Program-made: the position numbers and the translations under genes
DNA from: Verrucomicrobiota bacterium
Lineage (GTDB): Bacteria; Verrucomicrobiota; Verrucomicrobiia; Limisphaerales; AAA164-E04
Direction of reading: 5' to 3'
Assembly (NCBI GenBank): GCA_047947115.1
Contig: CP170459.1
Coordinates: 3,872,001-3,936,000 of the forward strand
DNA length: 64,000 nucleotides
In this document: positions 29,976 through 40,556 of the stretch, one piece after another
Numbering within the stretch: the stretch's first letter is position 1
How the letters are laid out: every line of letters starts with the position of its first letter
Notes under the pieces: model-generated
Database searches by the model: none
What the model was told of the DNA's origin: nothing
The model's input: the letters and a program-made list of their open reading frames with translations, nothing else

Positions 29976-30953
29976 GTGGTCTTTATGGTAACAGGTTCGA
30001 TAAATAAAATGATCAGGGTCATGGCAAAATGTCGGGTTGGTATTTCTTTTGCTGTCTCTGTATTGGCTTCGGTTGGCACCCTGTATGCGCAGGAAACAGA
30101 TCAAGCAAGGGGCGGCCGTCCGGTTTCTGATTGGTATCGATCTTTTGAAGCCGGCGGGGGGGTGCAGGCTACGACGGGTTTGGACGGGGGTGGCGAGTTT
30201 TCTCTAACCCGTTTTGCTTTCAGCGGTTCGGTTGGGTATCGCGGCAGTTGGCTGGATAGTGTCGGGTTAAGTGTCGGGTATCAAAACCGTGATTATGATT
30301 TCAAGGGCGGTAATCTTTTGCTTCCTTCCACTCCGTGGGACCATGTTCATTTTGCCAGTTTATCTCTGCCGATGCGCAAGCGACTGGGGGATGATTGGAT
30401 GGTCATGGCTATTCCAACCATTCGGACCATCACAGAAGATTTTGAGGATTTTGAACAGGATTTGACAGGCGGCGGCATATTTGGAGCGTCCTATCAATTC
30501 AGTCCCAGACTCAAAATCGGGCCCGGGTTTGGGATCCTGAGTCAGATAGAAGACCAGACCAGCGTTTTTCCGGTTGTTTTGATTGACTGGAGCATCACCG
30601 ACAAGTGGGCATTGCAAACCGGTCGGGGCTTTGGTGCTTCCCAAGGGCCCGGGCTGTCATTGAGCTATGATGTGAGTGATTCATGGAGTTTGACTCTGTC
30701 AGGGCGTTTTGACCGGTTTCGATTCCGCATGGACCAGAAGGGCGCAATGCCCGGTGGAATTGGCGAGGATCGTAATGCGTCTGTTTACTTGGCTGCAGGC
30801 TATACCTTGAATCCACTCGTGCAATTGAACTTCTTTACCGGTTTGACCTTTGCGGGTGAATTGAGTGTGGATGATGTCACGGGCAACGAGATCATGGAGA
30901 GAAATTACGACGCGACACCCCTGGTGGGGGCGAATGTTCGTTTACGCTTTTGA
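29976..30953 (+). CDS. Outer-membrane beta-barrel protein (DUF6268-like)
   Basis: Signal peptide, alternating beta strands, FPVVLIDW, terminal Phe (ANVRLRF). Confidence 0.75.
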   Translation: MVFMVTGSINKMIRVMAKCRVGISFAVSVLASVGTLYAQETDQARGGRPVSDWYRSFEAGGGVQATTGLDGGGEFSLTRFAFSGSVGYRGSWLDSVGLSVGYQNRDYDFKGGNLLLPSTPWDHVHFASLSLPMRKRLGDDWMVMAIPTIRTITEDFEDFEQDLTGGGIFGASYQFSPRLKIGPGFGILSQIEDQTSVFPVVLIDWSITDKWALQTGRGFGASQGPGLSLSYDVSDSWSLTLSGRFDRFRFRMDQKGAMPGGIGEDRNASVYLAAGYTLNPLVQLNFFTGLTFAGELSVDDVTGNEIMERNYDATPLVGANVRLRF

Positions 30954-31439
30954 TGGCGTTTATCTGCTTCAATAAGCAGCAATATCTCGTGGAGTATGGA
31001 AAAAAATGGATCGTTTCAGGCAAGCGCCGTCTTGTTCGTCACGATCCATTTGTTCACGATCCTCCCATCAAGTTGTCGATTTCCTAATGGTCATTTCCAT
31101 GCCACCGTCAGCGGCTGCCTGCTTCAAACCCCAAAACGCACCCTGATTCTTTTACTGAAGCTATACTGATTGCCAAAAGTATTTGCGTATAAGGGGCTCG
31201 CTGATGCTTCCTATCCTCACGCCCGCTGCGCTAGGGACGCAGTGACGCAGAGTTTTTTCTGAAATTACTTTTGGCAAACGTTATAATTTGAATTTCTCCA
31301 ACTCTGAGGTTTTCGTGATGACATTCTGGTTGCAGGTTTGAAAACCATTGTTCAATGGCCCTTGGACTCCGGCGTCCAGCGATCTCCGACGCATTTGGAA
31401 ATCACGCGTATGCCTGCCTCAAACATACACCGTGACTGT

Positions 31440-31670
31440 TCAAGGGAGAGCTGATTTCAATCGGGCGTCATCGAGGAGCGCCAGAGCACGCTTTTGGATT
31501 TCATTTGCGGTGGCGGGTTCCTGCATGGCGTTGGCGGTATTGATGAGGATGAGGCAGTGTTCGATCAGGCGATTTTCGTTGTATCGTTTGAAGTGATCCC
31601 CGAATACTTCCTTTTTATCGTAGCGTTTGAGATTAAACTCGTAAGTTTCTTTGACCTCATCAAATTCCCG
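31440..31670 (-). pseudogene. Startless C-terminal gene fragment
   Basis: Stop-to-stop frame REFDEVKETYEFNLKRYDKKEVFGDHF...EIQKRALALLDDARLKSALP* looks protein-like but has no start at its 5' end. Confidence 0.35.
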
Positions 31671-31874
31671 TTATGTTGGCCTGCCAGGCTGCAAACCCTT
31701 TGTTGTACGATGGGGCTTTCTGATGTCATCCAGCATTCTTTCGTCAAATGGTCCTCACGGGTTGCCTGCATACGGTCGGTATCGGTTTCATCAGCGATAA
31801 ACTTAAACCTTTTTTTACTTTTGTTAACATCGAGGATTTTCTTTGGGCGTTGAATTTGGTAAATCCCTCGTCGG

Positions 31875-32714
31875 ATGTCGGTCATTGATTTCATATTAAA
31901 CCTTGCTGCCTGGATTTTGCTGGTCAATGGTTCCATGCAGTTCGGTGATCGTGAGAATTTGCATCGGCCCTTGACACTTCTCGGGACCCTGAAAGTACCC
32001 AAGCCTACTATTCGAGAGGCATGGGTGCTATTTTCGGTTGCTGCGGTCCTCCTGGTTTTAAAATCCCTTTTACTGCATTACCTTGGTGCTCCGTTGGATA
32101 CGACGATGCATCTGAATTTCCTTCTGCTGAATATCTTTTTCAAAACCGGATCGATGGTGTCCATGGGGTGGATGGGAGTTGCGAGTTTCTTGAAGTTCAC
32201 CCTGATGGCTTACATCTGGTTGTGGGTGTTGTGGAGGATCAGCCGGAAGGATTCCGCTGAGCAGTTGGTCGGCAGCCTCAAAGCGGGACTCGGCTTTGTC
32301 GGAAGAATGCCCATGGTAGTTCAACCCATTTTATTGATACTTTTCGGGATGATTGGGTGGTTTCTTGTCGGGTTATCCTTCGGAGCCTTTGGAGTGTTGC
32401 CGACATCGATTCCTTTGCCTCTACTGATCTGGCAGGCCTTTTGGATTTCCATCAGCGCCTGGGTGGGAGTTTATTGGATGATGCTTCTTATAATGATCGT
32501 TTACCTTCTTCACAGTTACGTCTATCTGGGAAGTTGGGAAGGCTGGGATTGGATTGAAGGGATGGGGGATCGTTTGCTTCTGCCGCTGAAGAAGTTGCCG
32601 TTGCAGTGGGCGCGCATTGATTTTGCGCCTCTATTGTTTTTGCTGCTGAATTGGCTGGTTTACTCGGCTTTTGTTCGGTTGATTCTTCACGGTTATCAGT
32701 GGCGGCCGTTTTGA
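31875..32714 (+). CDS. YggT-domain membrane protein
   Basis: Multiple TM helices; C-terminal LLLPLKKLP...RIDFAPL resembles YGGT. Confidence 0.7.
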   Translation: MSVIDFILNLAAWILLVNGSMQFGDRENLHRPLTLLGTLKVPKPTIREAWVLFSVAAVLLVLKSLLLHYLGAPLDTTMHLNFLLLNIFFKTGSMVSMGWMGVASFLKFTLMAYIWLWVLWRISRKDSAEQLVGSLKAGLGFVGRMPMVVQPILLILFGMIGWFLVGLSFGAFGVLPTSIPLPLLIWQAFWISISAWVGVYWMMLLIMIVYLLHSYVYLGSWEGWDWIEGMGDRLLLPLKKLPLQWARIDFAPLLFLLLNWLVYSAFVRLILHGYQWRPF

Positions 32715-32802
32715 TTCAACTGATATTCCTCCCGTTTTTTCGAAAAAGTATTGGCAATGTCGGGTGGCTGTGCGCATTTTGGTGCACTAAAGCGATTGCT
32801 TC

Positions 32803-34359
32803 ATGAGTAAAACGTTCTATCTGACAACTGCTATCGACTACGTCAACGGGCACCCACACCTGGGGCATGCCTATGAGAAGGTCATCACCGACGCCATCGG
32901 CCGAGTTCACCGGAGCCTGGGGGAATCCACATTCTTTCTGACAGGGCTGGACGAGCACGGTCAAAAGGTTCAAAAAGCCGCCATGGAGCAGGGAAAAGGC
33001 TCACAGGAATACTGCGATGAATTGGCGGCAAGTTGGCAATCGTTTGTCGGTATGTTGGGACTGGATCATCGCGATTTCATTCGCACCACGCAGGACCGAC
33101 ATAAGAAAGTGGTGCAAACCATTCTCTCCAAACTGCATGCCGAGGACCATTTCTACAAGGCAACTTACGAAGGTTACTATTCGGCCAAGCAGGAAACCTT
33201 CCTGACAGAAAAGGATCGACATGAGGATGGTTCCTTCGACGAGATCTATGGTGAAGTGGTCCGCCTTGTGGAGGACAATTATTACTTCAAACTTGGACGT
33301 CATCAGCAGTGGCTGATCGATTACATCGAAGCCAATCCGGATTTTGTATATCCTGATAACCGGCGCAATGAAGTGCTGGGTTTTCTGAAGAACAACACAC
33401 TGGAAGACCTCTGCATCTCGCGTCCGAAATCTCGCTTAAACTGGGGAATACCGCTTCCTTTCGATGAGGACTATGTCACTTACGTGTGGTTTGATGCACT
33501 CACAAACTATGTCACGGTGCCTGCCTCCATGGGCGATCCGGCCTTGCCTGGATTCGACTTTACATCCGACAACCCACCCAGTTTGTGGCCTGCGGACATG
33601 CACATGATTGGCAAGGACATCCTGAAATTTCATGCTGTTTACTGGCCCATCATGCTCAAAGCCGCCGGATTCCAGCTGCCGAAACAAGTTTGCGTCCATG
33701 GTTGGTGGCAGAAGGATGGGCAGAAGATGAGCAAGACCACGGGTAATGTGGTGGATCCGGTCGCGGTGATTGACGAATGGGGTGTGGATGCTTTCCGGTA
33801 TTACATGCTGCGTGAACTGGATATTGGGCCGGATGGAAACTGGACAGATGACGGATTTCAATCGCGTTATGCAGCCGAGTTGGCGAATGGTATCGGAAAC
33901 CTTGTCAATCGGTCGCTTTCCATGCTCAATCGTTACCGCAACGGAGAAGTCCCGGCGATCTGCAATGAACTGGAGGATGAAGTCAATAATGCAGCACAGG
34001 AAGTCATCGACTTGTCGTGTCAGCACAAATTGCAGGGTGCTTTGAAACGGACGTGGGAACTGATTGCCCGCATCAACCAGTATATTGATCAGACAGCCCC
34101 GTTCAAACTGGCAAAAGATCCGGATCAGGCCGGTCGGCTAGGAGGGATCCTCTATACCTTGGTTGAATCCTGCCGTGTTATTGCTGTTTTGTTAAACCCT
34201 TATCTTCCTGGGACATCTGCTAAGATTTACGATCAATTGGCTCTGAAGGATACACCCGATCTCTTCAAGAAATCTAAGTGGGGAGGCATGCAGGCAGGTC
34301 ATGTCGTTGGCAAACCCGAGCCTCTGTTTCCTCGGAAAGACTTGCCGCCGAAAAAGTAG
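32803..34359 (+). CDS. metG: Methionine--tRNA ligase (short form)
   Basis: TTAIDYVNGHPHLGH, YVWFDAL, GKDILKFH, KMSKT. Confidence 0.97.
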   Translation: MSKTFYLTTAIDYVNGHPHLGHAYEKVITDAIGRVHRSLGESTFFLTGLDEHGQKVQKAAMEQGKGSQEYCDELAASWQSFVGMLGLDHRDFIRTTQDRHKKVVQTILSKLHAEDHFYKATYEGYYSAKQETFLTEKDRHEDGSFDEIYGEVVRLVEDNYYFKLGRHQQWLIDYIEANPDFVYPDNRRNEVLGFLKNNTLEDLCISRPKSRLNWGIPLPFDEDYVTYVWFDALTNYVTVPASMGDPALPGFDFTSDNPPSLWPADMHMIGKDILKFHAVYWPIMLKAAGFQLPKQVCVHGWWQKDGQKMSKTTGNVVDPVAVIDEWGVDAFRYYMLRELDIGPDGNWTDDGFQSRYAAELANGIGNLVNRSLSMLNRYRNGEVPAICNELEDEVNNAAQEVIDLSCQHKLQGALKRTWELIARINQYIDQTAPFKLAKDPDQAGRLGGILYTLVESCRVIAVLLNPYLPGTSAKIYDQLALKDTPDLFKKSKWGGMQAGHVVGKPEPLFPRKDLPPKK

Positions 34360-34442
34360 TGCTTAAATTTGGCAGGTAATCCGGTTGAACTGTGTCCGGT
34401 GAGTAATCGTCACAACGTGTGATTCAAAAATTACGTGGGCGC

Positions 34443-35189
34443 TCAAGGTTTTGAGATACTGAAATTGAAATAAGTATCCGGGTAGGGTTCATTGTTCAGC
34501 GTAAAATGCCACCATTCCACCGCATAGTTCCGGAAGCCGTGTTTTTCCATTAATTGTTTTAACAGCAATCGGTTGGAGCGATGTTGCGGAGGAATGTCTT
34601 TATATGGAATACCCGCTTCTTCACCGAAAAAATCAAATGGAGTCCCCATGTTCAGAGGCTTTACTTTGCCATTTTTCCTGATGGAGCAAATGGTGAGATC
34701 GATGGTGCTGCCTCTTGAGTGACCTGACCGGTCCGCGATATAGCCTTTGGGGAAAAGTTCGGATTTTCTTAGTTTCGGAAAGAAACGGCGCCTGATTGCG
34801 TCATCCGTGTTTGGGGTTTTAGCCCATTCGACAAAGCATTCCACGGCATGCTGGGGACGATAAGCATCAAATACCAGCAGCGAGAGTCCCATCGAAGACA
34901 GCTCCGATTGTACTTTTTTCAAGGCCTCGGCGGCATCTTTGGTGATGAGGCATTGACCGCCCCGGTAGCCAGTCACGACATTGCCGGTAAAATTATCCGA
35001 AGTGGCGTATTTCAGCTGCAGTTGAATCCCTGGTATATGCTCTGTTAAAACGACAAAATCATCGGGCCGCGTGTCCGGATCGATATTTGAACGATCCGTA
35101 GCAACAGCAGTCAAACACATCAGTATCAGCGCAAGTTGCAGGGAACCCTTCATGGTTCTTCGTGCGATGGTTCTTAGAGGATGCATCAT
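34443..35189 (-). CDS. ddpX: D-Ala-D-Ala dipeptidase (M15D, VanX/DdpX family), exported
   Basis: YATSDNF.G, DAYRP, SGHSRGSTIDLT, EWWHF. Confidence 0.9.
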   Translation of the reverse strand: MMHPLRTIARRTMKGSLQLALILMCLTAVATDRSNIDPDTRPDDFVVLTEHIPGIQLQLKYATSDNFTGNVVTGYRGGQCLITKDAAEALKKVQSELSSMGLSLLVFDAYRPQHAVECFVEWAKTPNTDDAIRRRFFPKLRKSELFPKGYIADRSGHSRGSTIDLTICSIRKNGKVKPLNMGTPFDFFGEEAGIPYKDIPPQHRSNRLLLKQLMEKHGFRNYAVEWWHFTLNNEPYPDTYFNFSISKP

Positions 35190-35367
35190 GAGCGAAGACT
35201 ATGTAAGAAATGAGCGGCGGGCAAGTTGTCGTTGCATCCTTGTATTTACGTCGTATGATGCTGTTAGGGATTCCGCCGGTTGTTTGCTGCGACATGTAAG
35301 TCATTAAGTGCCAGTTGGAACCTTCGAGAGGGTGCGGGTTGTGATAGAGAACGAATGAATAACGATC

Positions 35368-36741
35368 ATGAAAAATCATTCTGAACAAATCCTGATTTTA
35401 GGTGGTAGTATTTTTTTGGTGGGATTGATCATTGCAGATGTCCTGATACAGCGAAGTGCCCCCAAGGACAATCCTTCCATTCAAATGGCACAGGCAAGTG
35501 CCAAGGCAGCGAGTCCAGGTCATCCTGTTGATGTTGACACGAAAGATGTGGATCAGGCAGCTCCTGAGACGGACATCTCCGACGTGACCGATGAAATGCT
35601 CCCAAAAGTGGAGGAACAGACATCCATCGCAGTGCCATCAACCTTGCCGAATCAACCCGAAAGCAACCCACCCGGAGTCATGGCTGCATGGGGAGTTGAA
35701 AGCGCACCACCCCATCCTGTTCAAAAAGCCCCTCAGGAAATGCCGAAGGAAAGCCTTCATGATGCCTCCGGCGAACGGGTTGCGTGGTATCAATCCAACA
35801 CCTCCAATATTTCCCCGGCTCAGTTCAATGTATTTTTCAATGCCCTGCGTCCTTATGGCCGTTGGTTCAAGCATAATAATCACGGAGCGTGCTGGATCCC
35901 TCAGGTGAGTCAGGGGGATGCTCAGTGGCGTCCCTATCTGAGTGGTGGGAGGTGGGCCTATCAGGATGGGGCTTGGCTTTGGGTGTCGGATTACCGCTGG
36001 GGAAGTTATCCGTTCCATTACGGTCGCTGGTTTCACACTTCAAAAGGCTGGGCATGGAAGCCGGAAGGGCATTGGAGCGCTGCTTGGGTGAGTTGGCGAA
36101 ACAGTGATGCCTATTGTGGGTGGTCTCCATTGCCGCCTACCGATCAGGAGGTCGCCGCAGCCGTGGCTTCCACGCTGAACCATCGGATCAATACGAAGGA
36201 TCTAACCGCCGATCATTATGTATTTCTTCGCAAAGAACATCTGCTGGATCCGGTACCGACAGGTGAGCTATTGGATGCTCAGAAGGCCAAGCAGGCATTT
36301 GAAGAATCGACTCAAAGCGATCATTTTTATGCGGACAAGGGAAGCAGATGGTTTAACAAGGGGATTCCGGTTCAGGATGTGATGTCAAAGATTAAGATGG
36401 CGGAGTCCGCTCAAAAGACCGGAGCAGGGCATCAGACTCTGAGTCATTCGAATCAACAGGGCCCGGGGGGCATGACTCGCGGTTTGACGGGGATTCGCCA
36501 GGTGAGTGTGGGCACAGGCTTTACCCGGCAGCAAGGTCAAACCGGGCGTGCAGGAACGACAGCTATTCCGAGCCCATCCCTCGGTGCAAGCCCATCGCAG
36601 CAGGGACTGGCGCCACGACAGGTCCATACCACCACGCGCAGCGTGCAGGTGCAAAACTTGATGCGTGCCGAGCAAGCACCCAGCGTTGCAAACTACAACC
36701 GCGTTCAACCATTGAGCGTCCGGCAAAACGTTTCGCGCTGA
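35368..36741 (+). CDS. DUF6600-type Trp-rich membrane-anchored protein
   Basis: L.PYG.W, WRPY..GRW, W.WVSDY.WG..PFHYGRW, AWVSWR, GWSPLPP. Confidence 0.8.
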   Translation: MKNHSEQILILGGSIFLVGLIIADVLIQRSAPKDNPSIQMAQASAKAASPGHPVDVDTKDVDQAAPETDISDVTDEMLPKVEEQTSIAVPSTLPNQPESNPPGVMAAWGVESAPPHPVQKAPQEMPKESLHDASGERVAWYQSNTSNISPAQFNVFFNALRPYGRWFKHNNHGACWIPQVSQGDAQWRPYLSGGRWAYQDGAWLWVSDYRWGSYPFHYGRWFHTSKGWAWKPEGHWSAAWVSWRNSDAYCGWSPLPPTDQEVAAAVASTLNHRINTKDLTADHYVFLRKEHLLDPVPTGELLDAQKAKQAFEESTQSDHFYADKGSRWFNKGIPVQDVMSKIKMAESAQKTGAGHQTLSHSNQQGPGGMTRGLTGIRQVSVGTGFTRQQGQTGRAGTTAIPSPSLGASPSQQGLAPRQVHTTTRSVQVQNLMRAEQAPSVANYNRVQPLSVRQNVSR

Positions 36742-36786
36742 AGGTGGTGCTTTTCATGACCGGAAAAACCGGTTAATCATCTTCCT

Positions 36787-37485
36787 ATGTGCGGGCGCTA
36801 TTCTTACACTGGCAATCCGAACCATGTGACTACACGGTTAGGGATCAAATCGATCCCAAGCCAGGCCCGTTACAATATAGCTCCCGGACAACATGCGCCC
36901 GTTATCCGCAGTGTGGAAGGGCATCCGCCGATGATGGATCAATTGCAGTGGGGCCTGGTTCCTTTCTGGGCCAAAGATCCTTCCATTGGGTTCAGGACGA
37001 TCAACGCAAGATCAGAGAAAGCCGAGACAACCGGAAGTTTTCGTGCGCCCTTTCGCTATCGACGGTGCCTCGTGCTGGCGGACGGATTTTTCGAATGGAA
37101 AAAAATCGGTCGAGACAAGCAGCCCTGGCGTCTGTTGATGTCTGATGAATCCACTTTTGCGATGGCCGGTTTATGGGATCATTGGACGCGACCGGATGGG
37201 GCGGTGCTGGAGACCTTTACAGTATTGACTACGGAAGCGAATGAACTGGTTCAAGAAGTGCATGACCGAATGCCAGTGATCCTGGAACCCGAAGCCTGGG
37301 CGCCTTGGTTGAGCCAAAAGGTCAACCAGCCAGCGTCGGTCCGCCCCTTTTTAAAACCTTATCCTGCGGACAAGATGAAATCGTATCCGGTTTCAAATCT
37401 GGTGAATCGTGTTTCAAACGACACAGCCAAATGCATTGAACCCGTCGCGGTTCCGCCAGAACAGACCGAGCTGTTCTCGTTTTGA
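36787..37485 (+). CDS. SOS response-associated peptidase (SRAP/YedK/HMCES)
   Basis: MCGRY, YNIAP, WGLVP, INARSE, HDRMPVIL. Confidence 0.95.
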   Translation: MCGRYSYTGNPNHVTTRLGIKSIPSQARYNIAPGQHAPVIRSVEGHPPMMDQLQWGLVPFWAKDPSIGFRTINARSEKAETTGSFRAPFRYRRCLVLADGFFEWKKIGRDKQPWRLLMSDESTFAMAGLWDHWTRPDGAVLETFTVLTTEANELVQEVHDRMPVILEPEAWAPWLSQKVNQPASVRPFLKPYPADKMKSYPVSNLVNRVSNDTAKCIEPVAVPPEQTELFSF

Positions 37486-37498
37486 ACCCAACACCCCC

Positions 37499-38047
37499 AT
37501 GAACCATCCAAGTCCTTCTGCCGGGCAAAATCTATGTCGATCCTGTGGGCTTTGCTGCGATGGAAGCCTTTTCTTTTTTACCCCCATTGGCGACTGTAAA
37601 AAGGACGATAAAAACCAAGGAAACATCCATTCCCGAAAGGAAGAAGTATTACCGCAGCCTTGTGTGCATCACGGAATGGAAAAAGGATGTTCCATCTATG
37701 CCACGCGACCAAATGTCTGTCGCAAGTTCAAGTGCCAGCTTTTGAGGGATCTTGAGGAGAACAAATCCACCATAGAGGAAGCCATGAGAGTGGTTGAGCA
37801 ACTGAACATATTACGGACAAGGCTCCTGGCGACGGTCAGAACGCATGTAGGCCACGTTGAAACAGAGCCCCTGTTCGTGTGCTTTGATCGTTTTCACACT
37901 CTTCAACGGCACAATCATTCAGATCATTTTCGTGAGAATGCCGAATGGTATCTCGATTGTATTGCTTTCATTCAACTTGTCAGAAAACGACTGTTGTCTG
38001 ACTTTATGAAAGTGGATGGCGATGCTGAATCGCAACACACTGCCTGA
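37499..38047 (+). CDS. YkgJ-family cysteine cluster protein
   Basis: CRSCGLCC, then C...CSIY.TRP.VC..FKC. Confidence 0.85.
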   Translation: MNHPSPSAGQNLCRSCGLCCDGSLFFFTPIGDCKKDDKNQGNIHSRKEEVLPQPCVHHGMEKGCSIYATRPNVCRKFKCQLLRDLEENKSTIEEAMRVVEQLNILRTRLLATVRTHVGHVETEPLFVCFDRFHTLQRHNHSDHFRENAEWYLDCIAFIQLVRKRLLSDFMKVDGDAESQHTA

Positions 38048-38057
38048 TCGGATCCTC

Positions 38058-38074
38058 GCTTACATTTTTGTAAT
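38058..38074 (+). promoter_or_regulatory. CopR/CusR-type (OmpR family) binding box upstream of degQ
   Basis: GCTTACATTTTTGTAAT palindrome (TTACA-N4-TGTAA), similar to the cop box, ~90 bp before the ATG. Confidence 0.55.
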
Positions 38075-38161
38075 GCAGCCGAAAGGTTGTGGATAGCTTC
38101 GTGTGTTTAGTTATGGGTGTCAGTTAAAACAATACGACATTCCATAGAGAAAGGGATACAC

Positions 38162-39664
38162 ATGAAAAAAACCATAGCGATTATTTGTTCAAAGGCGCGC
38201 CTCGGATTGATGGGCGCATTGTTGGTGGCAGTGGCTGCCTCGGCTGCGACCGGTTGGATGAAGGATATCAAAGGCTCAGGTGACCGTCCCAAGGCGACCC
38301 TGAACATCAATGACAAACCTCTGGAACGGGATGGACGCATGTCCGTCAGCTTCGCGCCCGTTATCCAGGAAATCTCTCCCAGTGTGGTGACCATTTCCAC
38401 GACAACAGAGGTCAAGACCCGTAATGGTTGGGACAACAACGGTTGGGAACAGTTCTTCGGCCGCAACTTTCCTGGTTTCAGATTTCCAGAAATGCCGGAA
38501 TCAGAATCCCGAAGCGGTCTGGGGTCCGGTGTGGTGGTGTCTCCAGAAGGATATATCCTGACCAACAACCATGTCATAGAAGGTAGTGACGAAATCAAGG
38601 TCATCCTGAGCCCCGACAACGAAGAACACATTGCCGAGGTGGTCGGAGTGGATCCCAAATCAGATGTTGCCGTACTCAAAATTGATGCCGATGGTTTGCA
38701 ACCTATCGAACTGGGAGACAGTGATCAGATTCTAGTCGGGGATATTGTGCTTGCCCTGGGAAATCCTTTTGGAGTTGGACAGACCGTCACGATGGGAATG
38801 GTCAGCGCCAAAGGTCGCGCTCACATGGGATTGGACTATGAGGATTTTATTCAAACCGACGCAGCCATCAATCCTGGCAACTCCGGTGGCGCACTCGTGG
38901 ATGCCCAGGGGCGTCTGGTGGGGATCAACACCGCCATCCTGAGCCGGTCGGGCGGCAACCTGGGAATCGGGTTCGCCATTCCAATCAATCTCGCCCGCAG
39001 TGTCATGGAAAGTCTGATCGATCATGGACAGGTGGTCAGAGGCTTCCTGGGGGTAAATATCCAGGACGTGAATCCAACGATGGCTCGTTACTTTGATCTG
39101 GACAGCAATGCAGGCGCGGTGATCGCGGACGTAGTCGCCGATAGTCCGGCTGAGGCTTCCGGGTTGAAGGCTGGAGATGTGGTCGTCAAATTTGACGGTA
39201 AAACGGTAAAGGACAGCCGTCACCTGAAGCTTCTGGTCGGTCAAAGCGTTCCGGAAAAAGATTACTCAGTGGAAGTTGTGCGTGGGGGCAAAATCAAGGA
39301 ACTGGACGTGGCCCTGGGCACCCTGGATTCCGACACACCCAAATGGGCCTCTCGTTCCTCGAAATACTCCAATCAGGAATGGCCCAATGACATGCGCCTT
39401 AGTGAACTGAATCCTGAGTTGCGTCGTGAGTATGATATTCCGGGCAGAGTGGACGGATTGCTGGTGACCGGCGTCAAGCAAGGCAGCGAGGCATGGAATG
39501 CAGGTATTCGACCAGGAGCGGTGATTGAGGAAGTGAACCGTGTTACCGTGGAATCATTCAAGGATCTGGGGAAGGTTGATTTCGCCGGTGATGAAGTGCT
39601 GGTTCGAGTCTGGATGGAAGGGAATTATGTTTATCGTGTGTTGAAAGATGGTTCGATGGGTTAG
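38162..39664 (+). CDS. degQ: DegQ/DegP HtrA serine protease with two PDZ domains
   Basis: LTNNHV, SDVAVLKI, QTDAAINPGNSGGAL. Confidence 0.93.
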   Translation: MKKTIAIICSKARLGLMGALLVAVAASAATGWMKDIKGSGDRPKATLNINDKPLERDGRMSVSFAPVIQEISPSVVTISTTTEVKTRNGWDNNGWEQFFGRNFPGFRFPEMPESESRSGLGSGVVVSPEGYILTNNHVIEGSDEIKVILSPDNEEHIAEVVGVDPKSDVAVLKIDADGLQPIELGDSDQILVGDIVLALGNPFGVGQTVTMGMVSAKGRAHMGLDYEDFIQTDAAINPGNSGGALVDAQGRLVGINTAILSRSGGNLGIGFAIPINLARSVMESLIDHGQVVRGFLGVNIQDVNPTMARYFDLDSNAGAVIADVVADSPAEASGLKAGDVVVKFDGKTVKDSRHLKLLVGQSVPEKDYSVEVVRGGKIKELDVALGTLDSDTPKWASRSSKYSNQEWPNDMRLSELNPELRREYDIPGRVDGLLVTGVKQGSEAWNAGIRPGAVIEEVNRVTVESFKDLGKVDFAGDEVLVRVWMEGNYVYRVLKDGSMG

Positions 39665-39678
39665 TTCAAAAACATGAG

Positions 39679-39718
39679 AGTTGGGCGGTGTTTGAATCAA
39701 GCGCCGCCCAACTTTTTT
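39679..39718 (+). terminator. Rho-independent terminator
   Basis: AGTTGGGCGGTGTTTG-AAT-CAAGCGCCGCCCAACT followed by a T run. Confidence 0.85.
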
Positions 39719-39887
39719 CCCATTGCCTATCCTAAACCAGGGGACATTCAAGCATTGATTGAGACTGAAGGCGCTGACCAGCAACAGAGTCCTCAATAGG
39801 GGGGGGCAAGCTGCCGCAGACCAAAGGCATTGCCCGGTGCGGTGATCTGTATTAGGTTCCAGCCAGCATAAACATAACAAACGATCC

Positions 39888-40556
39888 ATGCGCATACTTG
39901 TAGTAGAAGACGATAAGAAAATTGCCTCATTCCTTGAAAAGGGTTTGAAGCAAAGTGGGTTTGCCGTGGATGTGTGTCACGACGGAGAGGACGGGCTCGA
40001 TATGGCTCGGGGTTTTTCGTATGATGCAGCTGTTTTTGACCGTATGCTGCCGGGTATGGATGGCTTGGAAATGATCCGTTTGCTCCGTCAGGAAGGAGTT
40101 CACATTCCCGTGTTGGTGTTGAGCGCCAAAGCCTCTGTGGATGATCGTATTGAAGGGCTTCAGGCTGGGGGGGATGATTACCTGACCAAGCCCTTTTCCT
40201 TCACAGAGCTGCTGGCCCGCATCCAGGCCCTGATCCGTCGATCCAGTCATAGTGCCGAACCAACCCGACTGGATGCCGGTGATCTCCGAATGGATCTGTT
40301 GACTCGGGACGTTTTCAAGGGCGAAGAAAAAATTGAATTGCAGCCCAAGGAATTTGCATTGTTGGAATATCTGATTCGGCAACAGGGCAGGGTGGTCACC
40401 AAAACCATGATCCTGGAGCACATCTGGAACTACCATTTTGATCCTCAGACCAATGTGGTGGACGTTCTGGTGTCCCGTCTGCGAAACAAAGTCGACCAGG
40501 AGAAAGAGCGCATTCATACCATCCGAGGTGTTGGTTATGTCCTTAAAGCCCGTTAG
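39888..40556 (+). CDS. OmpR-family response regulator (CusR/CopR-like)
   Basis: MRILVVEDD, DDYLTKPF, TNVVDV, HTIRGVGY. Confidence 0.95.
   Translation: MRILVVEDDKKIASFLEKGLKQSGFAVDVCHDGEDGLDMARGFSYDAAVFDRMLPGMDGLEMIRLLRQEGVHIPVLVLSAKASVDDRIEGLQAGGDDYLTKPFSFTELLARIQALIRRSSHSAEPTRLDAGDLRMDLLTRDVFKGEEKIELQPKEFALLEYLIRQQGRVVTKTMILEHIWNYHFDPQTNVVDVLVSRLRNKVDQEKERIHTIRGVGYVLKAR

Noticed and set aside
34443..35189. Vancomycin resistance locus (vanX)
   Set aside because: Stand-alone dipeptidase with no vanH, vanA or vanRS neighbours.
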